This document shows positions 63,300 to 64,000 of a stretch of DNA of 64,000 nt, in pieces. The stretch spans positions 62,001 to 126,000 of the forward strand of contig JAYWIR010000099.1 in assembly GCA_036172245.1 (NCBI GenBank), written 5' to 3'. This DNA is from Raillietiella orientalis (Eukaryota). The position numbers were made by a program, and so were the translations under genes. Each line of letters opens with the position of its first letter. Position 1 is the stretch's first letter. The notes beneath the pieces were generated by a model that was given only the letters and a program-made list of their open reading frames with translations, did not search any database and had not been told where the DNA came from.

Positions 63300-64000
63300 T
63301 GGTCCCCGCGCGCGGCACAAAGAGTTGCCGATTCGAATCTCCACGTGTCCAGACATGGGTGCGTCCTGGACTTCCAGTTCCTCCCCAAGATGACGTTGGT
63401 TGGCATATTTAAGTGCGGCACTGGTTGACACTTTGACGTGCCAGAGCATTTATGTATAAAATAAACATACATGTCTTTGGCAGGAACCCGCCACGTTACT
63501 TATGAATACGGAAAGGAACCTGTCGGGATCTGGCACGCAGACCAGCGGGGTTCGCCTCGGCAGCACAGGGGAAGGGGAGACGAACAAAAAGAGAAAAAAT
63601 GAAACAAAAAACATAGAGTCAAAAAATGAGGGGGATTCAGGAAGAGATCACTGTATGCTGAAGGGCGTCCTCTGCATCCTTGTAAGAATGTCCGCAAGTT
63701 CCTGTTTCAAGACTCCCAGATGGGGCCACCTTACGCCGTTCTAATGAAGAGGACAGCAAAATAGATGGCATCTCTGTTGTCCTCTGGCGTTGCTCCATTC
63801 AGCCACGGCCCCGCCGCGTGGGCAGCAAAGTGCTGCTAGGGATGCGGCGGGCGTAAGGGCGGCGCTGGTGCAAGCCGGAAACTGTATGCCCCCGATGACT
63901 GGACAGGATTGGAAGATGACCCTCCGGGGACTTTCGGGGTTACCCTCCGAATGTGAAAACGGAGCCGTTGCCATGGAGGGCCTCCATCGAGAACCATGGA
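63300..64000 (+). repeat. Dispersed repeat B copy interrupted by family A (runs off window)
   Basis: caagatgacgttggttgg...tgcggcactggt | insert | gcaagccggaaac...gactggacaggattggaagatgaccctccgggg. Confidence 0.85.
63426..63858 (-). mobile_element. Family A (A1-type) insertion in repeat B
   Basis: Reverse-complement homolog of about 29435-29882. TSD gcggcactggt (63415-63425) / gcggcgctggt (63859-63869). Confidence 0.9.

Overview
Repeat-saturated eukaryotic DNA, probably from an animal and possibly an arthropod (inference). I found no intact gene; the long ORFs in the track are fragments or antisense shadows of repeats. Contents: (i) a decayed piggyBac element (about 270-2645). (ii) Many 5'-truncated copies of an L1/Tx1-like non-LTR retrotransposon family ('A') encoding a zf-RVT-like C-terminus. 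These end in AATAAA, a GC hairpin (consensus CCCGG-cgtga-CCGGG) and only a few A's, with no poly(A) tail. I see 12 such ends, and 9 copies have readable 8-17 bp target-site duplications (TSDs). (iii) An unidentified, apparently protein-coding dispersed repeat ('B', about 10 copies). Family A sits antisense at the identical position in two B copies, while empty sites survive in other copies. (iv) Two tandem decayed restriction-like-endonuclease (RLE) retrotransposons of NeSL/Utopia type (45.5-50.9 kb). (v) ORF1, APE and RT debris, MITE-like inverted repeats, satellites, and faint remnants of ionotropic-receptor-like genes. All alignments were done by eye, and boundaries without TSDs are approximate.
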